The translations under genes and the position numbers were made by a program. Shown one piece after another: positions 35,952-47,641 of a DNA stretch of 64,000 nt. Every line of letters begins with the position of its first letter. Positions within the stretch are counted from its first letter, which is position 1. Source of the DNA: Octopus sinensis (lineage: Eukaryota); the NCBI RefSeq assembly GCF_006345805.1, contig NC_043011.1, positions 54,138,464-54,202,463 of the forward strand, written 5' to 3'. Under the pieces are notes generated by a model, which was not told the DNA's origin, made no database searches, and saw only the letters and a program-made list of their open reading frames with translations.

Positions 35952-36281
35952 GAAGCAACTGCTTGTTTCAATTTTATTTACATATTCAATGAAGGTATAA
36001 CCGAGGAAAACTGATAGCTGACCAGTAGCTATTCAGTGATGTGTTTCGCCACACATGACACGTACACGTATATGCCCCACCTTGTCGAATTCGTGACACA
36101 CATAGCGAGTGTATTGGAGATTTGCTTCTGCTGGCAACTGTCGTACACACTTCCTTGTGGTCACCATACTCGTCAATAGTAAGTATTATTTATATCATGC
36201 TAGCAATTTCATTTCAGACATATCAGCCAAATTGTAGACTTTGTCAACTTGCAAGACGGCGCTAAACAAGAGGAAATGGAT

Positions 36282-36630
36282 CTTTACCTTTGACCGGCAG
36301 ATTTAGAAAATAATTTCTTGTAACTAAACACTTTCAAACTTCGTATACTGGTAGAATGTGTCATATAAAACATCTTTTACTCTTAGCGTTTTTGAGAAAA
36401 GTTTATATTTACGAAGTTATTTCGTGTTAAAGTTGTATTTCGGTAATTTCAACCAATCAATGACGTGTATTCAGCTGAATAAAATTACTGCTGTTGTTTG
36501 TCAACAACAAATATCGGCGGTATATATTTCATTTGTCACTGTTATTTATGACATCGTTCATGCGTTTGTACTGGTTTTAGCTTTAAGGTTTTAGGGTCAG
36601 GGTTAGGGTTTTAGGATTTTATGTAAAATC
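36282..36630. mobile_element. Older truncated relative of the 37364 TIR element
   Basis: Aligns by eye to the reverse complement of 37600-37787; contains ttagggtcagggttaggg. Confidence 0.6.
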
Positions 36631-37023
36631 CGCAAATTTCCAAGCAGAAAGCAGAATCGAACTGTCATTTGATTCCACAGAAATATTCCAAGTGAAATAT
36701 TTTGATTTTGTCGAGTTATATAGAAAGAATGCCAAGATAGACCACATTTTATTTAATGAAATATGTTTCACTGAAAAGCAATATCGCTCCAAATATCTCT
36801 CAATATCTATCAAAGTGTTGTAATATTTTCATTTACTTATAGAAAAAATGGAGATTGGAACTGCCAGTATATCGAATATGAAGAGTTGAGATTGGGCAAA
36901 TTTATGAACTTTAAATATTTCATGATATTTATATTATAATTTTATGAAAAAAGAAAAACAGAAAAGACAAGAAACAAAAGAAAAAGAAAAACAAGAACGA
37001 AGCATAGAAATAAATATACAATT

Positions 37024-37076
37024 CACCCGACGTTAGAGTCGAACCCTCGATTGCAAATATAAGAGTACATTGCGTT
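37024..37076 (-). pseudogene. tRNA-Lys(CTT)-like relic (3' two-thirds)
   Basis: Sense ...tactcttatatttgcaatcgagggttcgactctaacgtcgggtg retains ctctta and a B box; homologous slots at 40760, 43004 and 47408. Confidence 0.6.
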
Positions 37077-37363
37077 ACTTATAAAATCTGTCGGTTGTGT
37101 TAATTAATTGCTTTTTATGCAGACCGAATTTAAGGGAAAGATAAAATTGTGTTAAATTAGCAGGATTGTGTTTGTTAAGCTAATACGGATATATTCGCTT
37201 CATATTTTCTATAAAGCTGATATTTCGATCCTGTGCAAAGAATTCTGCGTTTGTTTTGAAAAAAAATAGGCAGTTTTGATGATTGAGAAGAATTTACTGA
37301 AAAATAATGCCGCGTACAATATGAAAGTTAGTGGTGGAGAAATTCTGTCGAGACGCAGCAAAT

Positions 37364-37787
37364 GGATCTTTTCGGTTTGAACGGCAGTTTTTTCTAGCGG
37401 TGTCATATGAAATTGTCACCCATAATTATGACCCTAGTATCGATCTATTGCATTTCAATCTGTTTTAGGGTTAGGGTTAGTTAGGGGTGGGGAGAAGGGT
37501 ATCTTTTTTTCTTCACAAATGTAAATAAACCCCATCTGTTTCTTAAACGAGGGACATATTCATACGACACAGAATGTTTTTTTTACCTCATTAGACGTCA
37601 TTGATTGGTTGAAGTTGCAGAAATTGAAGAAAAAAAACAACAAATATCTTACAAACTATAGAATTTTCTCAATAAAGCCAAGAGAAAAAGATGTTTTATA
37701 AACACATTCTACCAGTATACGAAATTTAAAAGTGTTTAGTTACGTGGAAATTATTTTAAAAAACTGCCGTTCAAACCGAAAAGACCC
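37364..37787. mobile_element. Non-autonomous DNA transposon, 30-bp TIRs, 8-bp TSD
   Basis: TIR ggatcttttcggtttgaacggcagtttttt / aaaaaactgccgttcaaaccgaaaagaccc; TSD cagcaaat / ctgcaaat; empty paralogous sites near 43335 and 48060. Confidence 0.85.
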
Positions 37788-38209
37788 CTGCAAATTTTCG
37801 ATATTTTTATAATATCAGTTTATATAATGAGATACAAATAAGATGATTATTTATTTTCAAAAGCATAAACGTTGATATAACAGCAGGGATCGGATAAGAT
37901 ATCTGTAATAAGCGGAAAAATTGGTCAGCAACCAGCTAATCTGATCTCTGCTGTTCTATCAGCTTTTATGCGTTTGAAAATAAATAATCATCTTATTTGT
38001 ATCGCACAATACACATTTCAACGCTTCGAAAACAAACATTAGTTTATTTACATTTATCGTAATACAATTTATATAATGTTTCCTGAGAAGCTGCAATTAT
38101 TGAGGAAACGAAATAAGATTCGGTATGAGGAGAACGCAATTAGCAAGAAGAGAGCAAAAGCTTTCCTGCCGGTGTCATTTCAAAAATCTTTGGCAAAACT
38201 GAATGTAAA

Positions 38210-38256
38210 TGTTCCTGGGGTTAGCCGCAAGCGCTAATCGATTGCGCCACAAAGAC
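38210..38256 (-). pseudogene. tRNA-Asn: tRNA-Asn relic with an internal deletion
   Basis: gcgctaatcgattgcgccacaaagac 5' end retained. Confidence 0.65.
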
Positions 38257-38744
38257 ACTTCGCAAAGCCAGATGAATTATATTTTATTTTGTTAGTCTAT
38301 TTCGTTTGTAGAATACAAATATCACGTGACCGACCAGGCTATCAGATGCTGTTACACATCGCTGGTCACAATGCGCTTCGCATTGTTTTAGCCTTCTTCA
38401 AATGACGCCACCCCGCTGGCTAAGCGAGCAGGCCTACAGAAGAAATAGTGAGAGAAAGTTGTGGCGAAAGAGTACAGCAGGAATCGCCCCCCCCCTGTCG
38501 GAGTCTCGTGAAGCTTTAGGTGTTTTCGCTCAATAAACACTCACAACGCCCCGCGAGTCCTCTGCCCTAACCACTGGGCCATTGTGCCTCCACAGAATAC
38601 AAATATACGTTTGAAAAAAACCTCTTAATTCTCTTTTATAGTCAACAAGAAACAAGACTATTTTCAAAGCGATTTATCATAAGTGCAGGAATTTTCCTTT
38701 CCTAATCTTTTTTAAAAATGTGAATTTCTTTGCTTTGAAATTTT

Positions 38745-38891
38745 CCTGTGGTAAGAAGCTAGCTTCCCAACCACATGGTTCTGGGTTCAGTCCTACTACG
38801 TGGCACCTTGGGCAAGTGTCTTCTGATAGTGTCTCGGGCCGACCAAAGTCTTGTAAGTGGATCGGGTAGACGGAAACTGAATGGAGCCCAT

Positions 38892-38956
<65 letters not shown>

Positions 38957-39210
38957 TGCATATATATCTATGTATGTGTGTGTGTGTATCTTTGTGTCTG
39001 TGTTTGTCTCCCGCCACCACTCGACAACCGGTGTTGGTGTGTTTACGTCCCCGTAACTTAGCGATTCGGCAAAACAGACCGATAGAATAAGTAGCAGACA
39101 TTAAAAAATAAGTCGTGAGGTCTATTTGTTCTACTAAAACCCTTCAAGGCGGTGCCCCAGCATGGCCGCAATCAGATGACTGAAACAAGTAAAGGATAAA
39201 AGATAAAAGA
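38745..39210 (+). mobile_element. SINE family B, diverged
   Basis: Homologous head, body and tail. Confidence 0.8.
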
Positions 39211-39789
39211 CGTCTATCCCCTTACTCCTGCTCCGTGAAGGTGCAATGGTTCAATGGTTAGGGCAGCGGACTCGCGGTCATAGGATCACGGTTTCGATTG
39301 CCAGTCCGGGCATTGTGAGTGTTTATTGAGCGAAAACGATATTCCAGGAGGCTCCGACAGTGGGTGGTGGCGAACCCTGCTGTATTCTTTCTCTCACTCT
39401 TTTTTCCTGTTTCTGTTGTACCTGTATTTCAAAGCCTTGTCACACTCTGTGTCATGTTGAATCTCCCTGAGTACTACGTTAAGGGGTACACGTGTCTGTG
39501 GAGTGTTCAGCCACTTGTACGTTAATTTCATGAGCAGGCTGTTCCGTTGATTGGATCAACTGGAACCCGCGTAGTCGTAACCGACGGAGTGCCACGATTA
39601 CTCTGATAAAATATTGAAAAAATAAGTAAATTTCGAAACCCGTAATCTCTTTCCCTCCATTTTTAATAGCGTTGCATAGTTGAACGATGTGTACAGACAG
39701 AGTCATGCAGAAATAGCAGTTGCTATAAAAATTTTACAAATATTAAAAATTCGCTTGACTTCAAGAACAAAATAGAACAATTAGCATCA

Positions 39790-39862
39790 TGCCGAAACCA
39801 GGGATCGAACCATGGATCTGTAGATTTTCAGTTTAACACTCTCTCAACTGAGATATTTCGGC
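39790..39862 (-). pseudogene. tRNA-Phe: Degenerate tRNA-Phe(GAA)
   Basis: 73 nt with about 9 substitutions, including in the D-, anticodon- and T-stems. Confidence 0.85.
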
Positions 39863-40759
39863 TGCATGGGTGAGTAACCCATCTTGTTTACCTGTTCAAA
39901 ACTGAAGTAATTTTGTCGCAATTTACAAAGTAAATTATTCGAGACGAATATTTTATATAAAGAAAACTGATAGATGACCAGTGGCTATTCAGTGCTGTGT
40001 TTCTCCAGACATGGCTGGTACTGGTAATTCTATATGCCCTGTCCTTGTCGCAGTCATGACCACAGAACGAATGTATTAGAGATTCGCTTCTGCTGGGAAC
40101 TACCATACACGCTTTCTTGTGGTCACCATACACGTTCATATTAGAGATATCGTGCTAACAATTTCCGTTTAGATCTTGCAGCCACAACGTAGAGTTCATC
40201 CACTCCCAAGACGGGTCTGAAGACGTGAAAAGTACTTTAGGTTTTGACTGTAGCGGGAAATAAGACAACCATCAACCTCTCACCGACTCGTGTCTCTGCA
40301 AATACATGTGGTGGTACAGTCTCTAGAAATACGATATTGTGGAAAATCATTTTCTGTGCGTCGTACAATGTAATTCTTAAAGTATTTTTTCTTTCTTGTA
40401 TGTTGGGTAATTTCATCGCATTCATTTTCTGCATTGAAAATCTTTATAGATCTTATTTTATTTAATGAAATACGTTTCATTGAAAAGCATTTCCTCTTGT
40501 CTTTAAATTATACTTTATTAAATATTTTCATTTACCAGAATCCCTCAAAAGTCTCCCACCATCTTTCAAGCTATTGTCATGCTTTCATTTACTTCTAGAA
40601 AAACAGGAGGTTGGGACAGCTGGTATAACGAATATTAAGGGTTCAGACTGGCTAAATTTAGAAACTATAATTTTTTTAATGATATTTCTATAATAATTGT
40701 ATGACAAAAAGAAAAAAAAAAGAAAAGCAGCCAAAAAACTTACAAATAAATGTGCAATT

Positions 40760-40812
40760 CACTCGACATGGGAATCGAACCCTCAACTAGGAACGTACGA
40801 GTGTGTTGCACC
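40760..40812 (-). pseudogene. tRNA-Lys-like relic
   Basis: B-box-like gagggttcgattcccatgtcgagtg; same slot as 37024. Confidence 0.5.
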
Positions 40813-41086
40813 ACTGAAAGATTTCGTTGTATATAGAGACGAATTTAAAAGAAATAGATATTTGTGTTAAATTAGGAGGATTTAGTTTGCTAAACTATTA
40901 CGAAGATACTTGCTTCATATTTTGCACATAGCTGATATTTTCAGTTTTATAAAATCAATTTATATAATGTTTCTTGAAGATCTGCAAATATAGAGAAACC
41001 GAAATAAAATTTAATATAAGGTGAATGTAATTAGCGAGAAGACAGCAGAAGCTTTCGTACAGGTGTTGAGAAGCCTTAAGCAAAAT

Positions 41087-41160
41087 CGTCTCTGGGTGGG
41101 ATTGAACCACCAACCTTCAGCTTAACAGCTGAACACGCTAACCGATTGCGCCACAGAGAC
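41087..41160 (-). tRNA. tRNA-Asn: tRNA-Asn variant with a remodelled anticodon arm (8-nt loop)
   Basis: ttcag-ctgttaag-ctgaa; acceptor stem gtctctg/cagagac is perfect; functional status unknown. Confidence 0.7.
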
Positions 41161-41963
41161 ATGTCGTTTTGGCAGTTCAGATGAAATGCCTTTTCTTTCA
41201 CTTTTGTTCGCTCATTGAATAGAAATATATATGTGTGAAAGAATCTTAATTCTCTTTTAAAATCACCAAGAAAAAAGACTATTTTCAAACAGATTTACCA
41301 TAAATACAGGAATTTGCCTATCTTAATCTTTCTTAATATATGACTGTTTTTTCTTTGAAATTTTCCAAACATACTTATTGATTACGATTGCTCTGATATA
41401 ATGTTGAAAAAAATGAACAATTTTCACAAGTCTCTGAGCTGTTTTATTTTCCCACTTCTAATCGCGTTGCGCTGTGGCAGAATACGTTCCAGATTTTATT
41501 TACGTATTGAAATTATTTTGTTGCACTGCACGAAACAAAATTTCCGAGACGAAATTATATAACCGATGGAAACTGGTTGCTGACCAGTGGCTACTCAGTG
41601 AGGTGCTTCGTCAGACATGGCAGGTAATTCTATGTACCCTGCATTGTCGCAATCGTGACACACAGAACGAGTGTATAGGAAATTCGCTTCTGCTGCGAAC
41701 TGCTGTGCACACTGGCTCGAGGTCAAAATAATCACTCATATTAGAGATACCATGCTACCAAGTTCAGTTTGGAAATATCAACCGCAGAGTAGAGTTTGTC
41801 AACTCGCACGACTCTGCGGCGCTGAACAGCTGGGAAGTGTTTTGATGTCTGACCCAGGCAGCAAATAAATGGGACTTTGTCACTCATCATTCTGGTACTA
41901 CATAAATTTCCCAAATATTTATAAAATATTTGAAACCAAGAACAAAATAGTTAGACAAAGCGC

Positions 41964-42035
41964 TGCCGAAACCCGGGTTGAACCGGGGACCTTTAGATCT
42001 TCAGTCTAACGCTCTCCCAGCTGAGCTATTTCGGC
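41964..42035 (-). tRNA. tRNA-Phe-GAA: tRNA-Phe(GAA) variant with a 1-nt T-loop deletion (C16)
   Basis: 72 nt; T-stem cccgg/ccggg; loop ttcaac. Confidence 0.7.
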
Positions 42036-43003
42036 TGTGCATCGGTAGTTTCCGATTTTATTTATGTATTCTATGCTGAAATAGCTTTGTCGTACTACAT
42101 GAAACAAAATATTTGAGACGAAAACATAGCCGAGGATAACCGATCGCTGACCAGTGGCTAATCAGTAAAGTGCTTCGCCAGACACAGCAGGTTATTCTAT
42201 ATCAACCGCAGCGTAGAGTTTGTCAACTGGTACGACGTGAAGGACACTAGAACAACTGAGAAGGACTTTGCTCTTTGACCCAGGCAGGAAATAAATGGGA
42301 CTTTGTCACTCATCGTTCCATGAGTGACCCGAGTTTTTTGTGAATTCCTGTGACAAAACAGAAACTGGAAATTCCACTTTTGTAACTTCTGTTTCGTGTG
42401 TTGCATAATATCATTGTCCATCTGTTTTCTTTCTTTCATATCAGATACTTGTCTTCCGTCTGTTTTCATCATTGAGTTTGTCTACTCGTAACACTGAACT
42501 GAACAAGCGAAAAGTACTTTGGGCTTTGATGAAAGCAGGTAATATACGGTACTGTGCCTCTCATCGTCCACTGATTGACTGGTGACTCTGTAAATGCATG
42601 CGATGTCATAGGCTCTAAAAATGCAATATTGTGGAAAATGTTTTCTATGTGTCATTTTTTTCTTGTATGTTGGATAGTTTCATTGCATTCTTCTTTATTC
42701 CAAATTTTCGCAGATCTCAATTTTTTAAATGAAATTCGCTTCATTCAAAACCATTTCCGCCTGTCTTTGAATTATATTTCATTAAATATTTTCGTTTATC
42801 AGATTCCGCTAAAAGTTTCCAACCATCTTTCAAGGTGTTGTGATGTGTTCATTTACTTATAGAAAAACTGGATATGGAGACAACCTGTATATCGAATATG
42901 AAAGGCTGAGACTGGTTAAAATTGGAAACTTTAAGAATGTCATGATATTTATATCATAATTTTATGAAAGAATAAAAAAAAACATACAAATAAATGTACA
43001 ATT

Positions 43004-43056
43004 GACCCGACGTGGGAGTCGAACCCTCGCCAACGAACGTATGAGTGTGTTGCTCT
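43004..43056 (-). pseudogene. tRNA-Lys-like relic
   Basis: gagggttcgactcccacgtcgggtc versus Lys gtgggttcgagccccacgttgggcg. Confidence 0.55.
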
Positions 43057-43490
43057 GCTGAAAAATTTCGTCAGTATGGCGTGTTACCTATCTGTCTCAT
43101 TTGGAGACGAATTTAAAAGAAACATAAATTTGTGTTAATTTAAGAGGATTTAATTTGTTAAACGTATTACGAAAATCTTCAATTCGTATTGTCCTTAACG
43201 CTGATATTTCGGCTGAGTGCAAAGGATTACGTGTTCGTTTAGAAATATTATGAAGTTTTGACGATTGAGAAGAATTTACTGAAAAATGCTCATGCGTAGA
43301 ATATGAAGTTCAGTGGAGGTGAAATTCTGTTGAGACGCCTCAAGTGTTCGATATTTTTATAAGATCAATTCATATAATGTATCCTGCAAGCATGCTGTCA
43401 TAGAGTAACCGAAACAGATTCTAGCATGAAGTGAACGCGACTGGCGAGCAAGGTGTAATTGCAAAGATCTTCGGCAAAACTGAGGATTAA

Positions 43491-43533
43491 CGTCCCTAGG
43501 TGGGTTTGAACCACCAACCTTTCGATTAACGCG
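43491..43533 (-). pseudogene. tRNA-Asn: 3' half of tRNA-Asn
   Basis: The 5' half is deleted; the junction with the upstream flank is at gcg. Confidence 0.75.
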
Positions 43534-43889
43534 TGAAATAATTTTAATTCTCTTTTACACCCAACAAGAAGAAAGACCACTTAAAAAGCGTTTTGCTATA
43601 GCTACAGGAATGTGCCTCATATAATCTTTAAGAAAAATGCATATTTTTTGGATTGAAGTTTTTCAAACATACCTATAGATTACAATTGCTGTGATAAAAT
43701 GTTGAAAAAAAAATAAAAAAAACAATTCTCGGAAGTTTGTGATCTCTTTTCCTCCATGTACAATGGCGTTGCATAGTTGAATAATGTGTAGGGAAGGACG
43801 GTATGAAAAAATCTCCGTCGCTATAACAGATTCAGAAATATATCCACGCAACTCGATTGAACTGTAGTCAAAACAGAGGTAAGACTCTA

Positions 43890-43962
43890 TGCCAAAACCC
43901 GGCTTCGAACCAGGTACCTTTAGATCTTCAGTCTAACGCTCTCCCAACTGAGCTATTTCGGC
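43890..43962 (-). tRNA. tRNA-Phe-GAA: tRNA-Phe(GAA) variant (C48>A, altered T-loop, G4:U69)
   Basis: 73 nt; B box weakened (ttcgaag). Confidence 0.65.
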
Positions 43963-44832
43963 TGTGCGTAAAAATCCATGCGTATCGTCTACCTATTCAA
44001 TACCGAAGCAGTCTTGTCGACATTTACGAAACAAATATCCTGGAGACTAAAGGGTAACTAAAGAAAACTGGCAGATGACCAGTGGCTATTCGGTGATTGT
44101 TTTCGCCTGGCACAATTCGTAATTCTGATGTCCTGTCCTTGTCGTAATCGTGACACGCAGAACGAGTGTATTAGAGATTCCCTTCGGCCGAGAACTACTA
44201 AACACACGAATGTGTGGCCATCATACTCGCACATACTAGTGATATATTCACAATTTCAGTTTTAAACTTTCAACCACAGAGTAGTGTTTGTCCACTCGCA
44301 AGACAGGGCTGAGCATATTTGCAGGATACATGTTTGCAGGATACATTATATGAATTGATATTATAAAAATATCGAACACTTGAGGCGTCTCAACAGAATT
44401 TCACCTCCACTGAACTTCATATTCTACGCATGAACATTTTTCAGTAAATTCTTCTCAATCGTCAAAACTTAATAATATTTCTAAACGAACACGTAATCCT
44501 TTGCACTCAGCCGAAATATCAGCGTTAAGGACAATATGAATTGAAGATTTTCGTAATACGTTTAACAAATTAAATCCTCTTAAATTAACACAAATTTATG
44601 TTTCTTTTAAGCAAGAAATAAACGGCACTGTGCCACCCATCGTTCTCTGATTGACTCGTGTCTCAGGAAATACATGTGACACAGTCTTTAGAAATACGAT
44701 AGCATGGAAAATCTTTTTCAGTGTCTCAAACAGAAATAGAATTTAATATAAGGTAAATGCACTTGGCGAAAAGACAGCAGGAGCTTTCCTGCAGGTGTAA
44801 GTGAAGAAATCTTAAGCAAAACGTTAGCTAAA

Positions 44833-44849
44833 CGTCCTTGGATGGACTC

Positions 44850-44895
<46 letters not shown>

Positions 44896-44906
44896 ACTAT
44901 AGAGAC
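44833..44906 (-). pseudogene. tRNA-Asn: tRNA-Asn(GTT) with acceptor-stem mismatches
   Basis: gtctcta/caaggac gives A7:C66 and C5:A68 mismatches. Confidence 0.75.
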
Positions 44907-45367
44907 ACTTCGCTCAGGCAGTCAAGTGATATGTCTTTTCTCTCACTTTTGTTCGTTCATTGAATAGAAATATATGTGTGTGAAAGAATCTTAATTCTGT
45001 TTTAAAATCACCAAGAAAGAAGACTATTTCTAAACAGATTTACCATAAACACAGGAATTTGCCTATCTTAATCTTTCTTAATATATGACTGTTTTTCCTT
45101 TGAAATTTTCCAAACATACTTATTGATTACGATTGCTCTGATATAATATTGAAAAAAAAAAAAAACAAGAAAAAAACCCCAAAGAAAACGAGATCATTTT
45201 TACAACTCTTTGATCTATGTGTTTTTTTTTTTTTGCACTCCGAATGGCGTTACACAATAAAACGATACATACGAAGAGATGGCATTAAAAAATCTCGGAT
45301 ACCACAGATATTTCCAAAATATTTATAATAAGATTGAAACTAAGAGCAAAATAGTGCGACAGAGCCC

Positions 45368-45378
45368 TGCCGAAACCC

Positions 45379-45412
<34 letters not shown>

Positions 45413-45440
45413 AACGCTCTCCCAGCTGAGCTATTTCGGC
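45368..45440 (-). tRNA. tRNA-Phe-GAA: tRNA-Phe(GAA) (C16, U28:G42)
   Basis: 73 nt; stems pair with one G:U. Confidence 0.88.
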
Positions 45441-45699
45441 TGCGTACCGCCTATTTTCGATTTTATTTACGTATTCTATATTGAGATATTTTGGTCGCAA
45501 TTTACGAAACTAAATTTTATTTCATTTCATAAAATTTGCCATAAAGGTATGACACAGAGTAGTTTGCGGGCTGGACAAATACATTGATGAGATGAAAGAT
45601 GAAAAAGGATGATATTGTTGGGAGAAGACAAAAAACGCCCGTAGATTTTTTTGCTTCTTTAATACATTATTCTTTTTTAAAAAAAATATATATATATAA

Positions 45700-46000
45700 G
45701 ACCAAAGCCTTGTGAGTGAATTTGGTAGACGGAAACTGAAAGAAGCCCGTCGTATATATGTATATATATGTATGTGCGTGTATGTTTGTATGTCTGTGTT
45801 TGTCTCCCTAGCATTGATTGACAACCGATGCTGGTGTGTTTATGTCCCCGTCACCTAGCGGTTCGGCAAAAGGGACCGATAGAATAAGTACTGGGCTTAC
45901 AAAAAGAATAAGTCCCGGGGTCGAGTTGCTCGATTAAAGGCGGTGCTCCAGCATGGCCGCAGTCAAAATAACTGAAACAAGTAAAAAGAGAAAAAGAGAA
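45700..46000 (+). mobile_element. SINE family B, 5'-truncated
   Basis: Homologous body and tail. Confidence 0.8.
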
Positions 46001-46414
46001 AGATATAAAAATAACAAAACGAGGTATCAAACCTCTTACTTTAGGTTTTATAATTGTTCCATTTTATAATTATCCCGTTGTTCCATTTACGAAACGAAAT
46101 TTGCGAGACGAAATTATAAACGAGGAAAAACTGATCGCTGACCAGTGGCTATTCTGTGAAGTGCTTCGCCAGACATGGCAGATAATACTATATCCTACCT
46201 TGTCGCAATCGTGACAAACAAAACGAATGCATTGGAGATTCGCTTCTACCGGGAACTACTATACACATTGACTTGTGGCCACCATAGCCACAAGTGGGAG
46301 GGATGTCCTCTTTTCCATTTCAGTTTAGAACTATAAACCGCAGCGTAGAGTCTGCTAAATCGCACGACGTGACTGACTCTAGATCAACTGGGAAGTACTT
46401 TGATCTCTGACTCA

Positions 46415-46674
46415 AAATAAAAATAAATGCGCCCTTTTAAAGCCTAGCCAGGCTCATGGGCTCGGTTTCCCGGCTTCTATGGCGTATGTGTTCCCCAGCT
46501 GGACGGGACGCCAGTCCATCGCAGCGTTACTCATTTTTGCCAGCTGAATGGACTGGAGCAGCGTGAAATGAAGTGTTTTGCTCAAGAGCACAACGCGTCG
46601 CCAGGTCCAGGAATCGAAACCACAATCTACGATCATGATGCTGACACCCTAACCACTAAGCCAAGCGCCTCCAC
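46415..46674 (-). mobile_element. SINE related to family C (shared core), with 13-bp TSD
   Basis: TSD gatctctgactca (46402-46414) / gatctttgactca (46675-46687); another copy at about 63000-63255 on the plus strand. Confidence 0.85.
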
Positions 46675-47407
46675 GATCTTTGACTCAGGCGGGAAATAAA
46701 TGGTACTTTGTCACTCATCGTCCTATGAGCGACCTGTGTTTTTGTGAATTTCTGAGCCGGAACAGAAACTAGAAACACTTGTTTTTGGCAAATTCTGTTT
46801 CATATGTTGCATAATATCATTGTCCATCTGTTTTCTTTCTTTTATATCATATACTTGTATTCCGTCCGTTTTCAGCATTGAATTCGTCCAACTGAACAAA
46901 CGAAAAGTTCTTTGGGCTTTGATGAAAATGGGAAATAAACGGCGCTATGCCATTCATCATCCTCTGATTGATTCGTGTCTCTACGAATGCATGCGGTGGC
47001 ACAGTCTCTAGAAATGCGATTTTGAGGAAAATCTTTTTCTGTGCGTCGTTTACTTTCTTTTATGTTGGGAATTTCATTGCATTTCTCTTCACTAATGAAC
47101 ATTTTTATGGATCTCATTTTATTTAATGAAATATACTTGATTCAAAAGCTCTTCGTCCTGTCTTTAAATTATATTTCAGTAAATATTTTCGTTTATCAGA
47201 TTCCGCCAAAATTCTCCCACCATCTTTCAAGGTGTTGTCATGTTTTTATTTACTTACAGAAAAACTGGATATGGAGACATCTGGTAAGTCGAATATGAAG
47301 GGGTGAAATTGGTTAAAATTGGAAACTTTAAGCATTTAATGATATTTATATTGTAAGTTTATGAAAGAATAAAAAAAGCATACAAACATACAAATAAATG
47401 TACAAAT

Positions 47408-47460
47408 CACCCGGCGCTGGAATCGAACCCTCGACAATGAACGTAAAGGTGTATTGCTCT
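47408..47460 (-). pseudogene. tRNA-Lys-like relic
   Basis: Same slot as 37024, 40760 and 43004. Confidence 0.5.
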
Positions 47461-47557
47461 GCTGAAAGATTTTTTCAGGATGACGTGTTAACGAATTGTC
47501 TTATTTAAAGTCGAATTTAAAAGAAACAAATATGTGTTAAATTAAGTTTGTTAAAAC

Positions 47558-47641
<84 letters not shown>

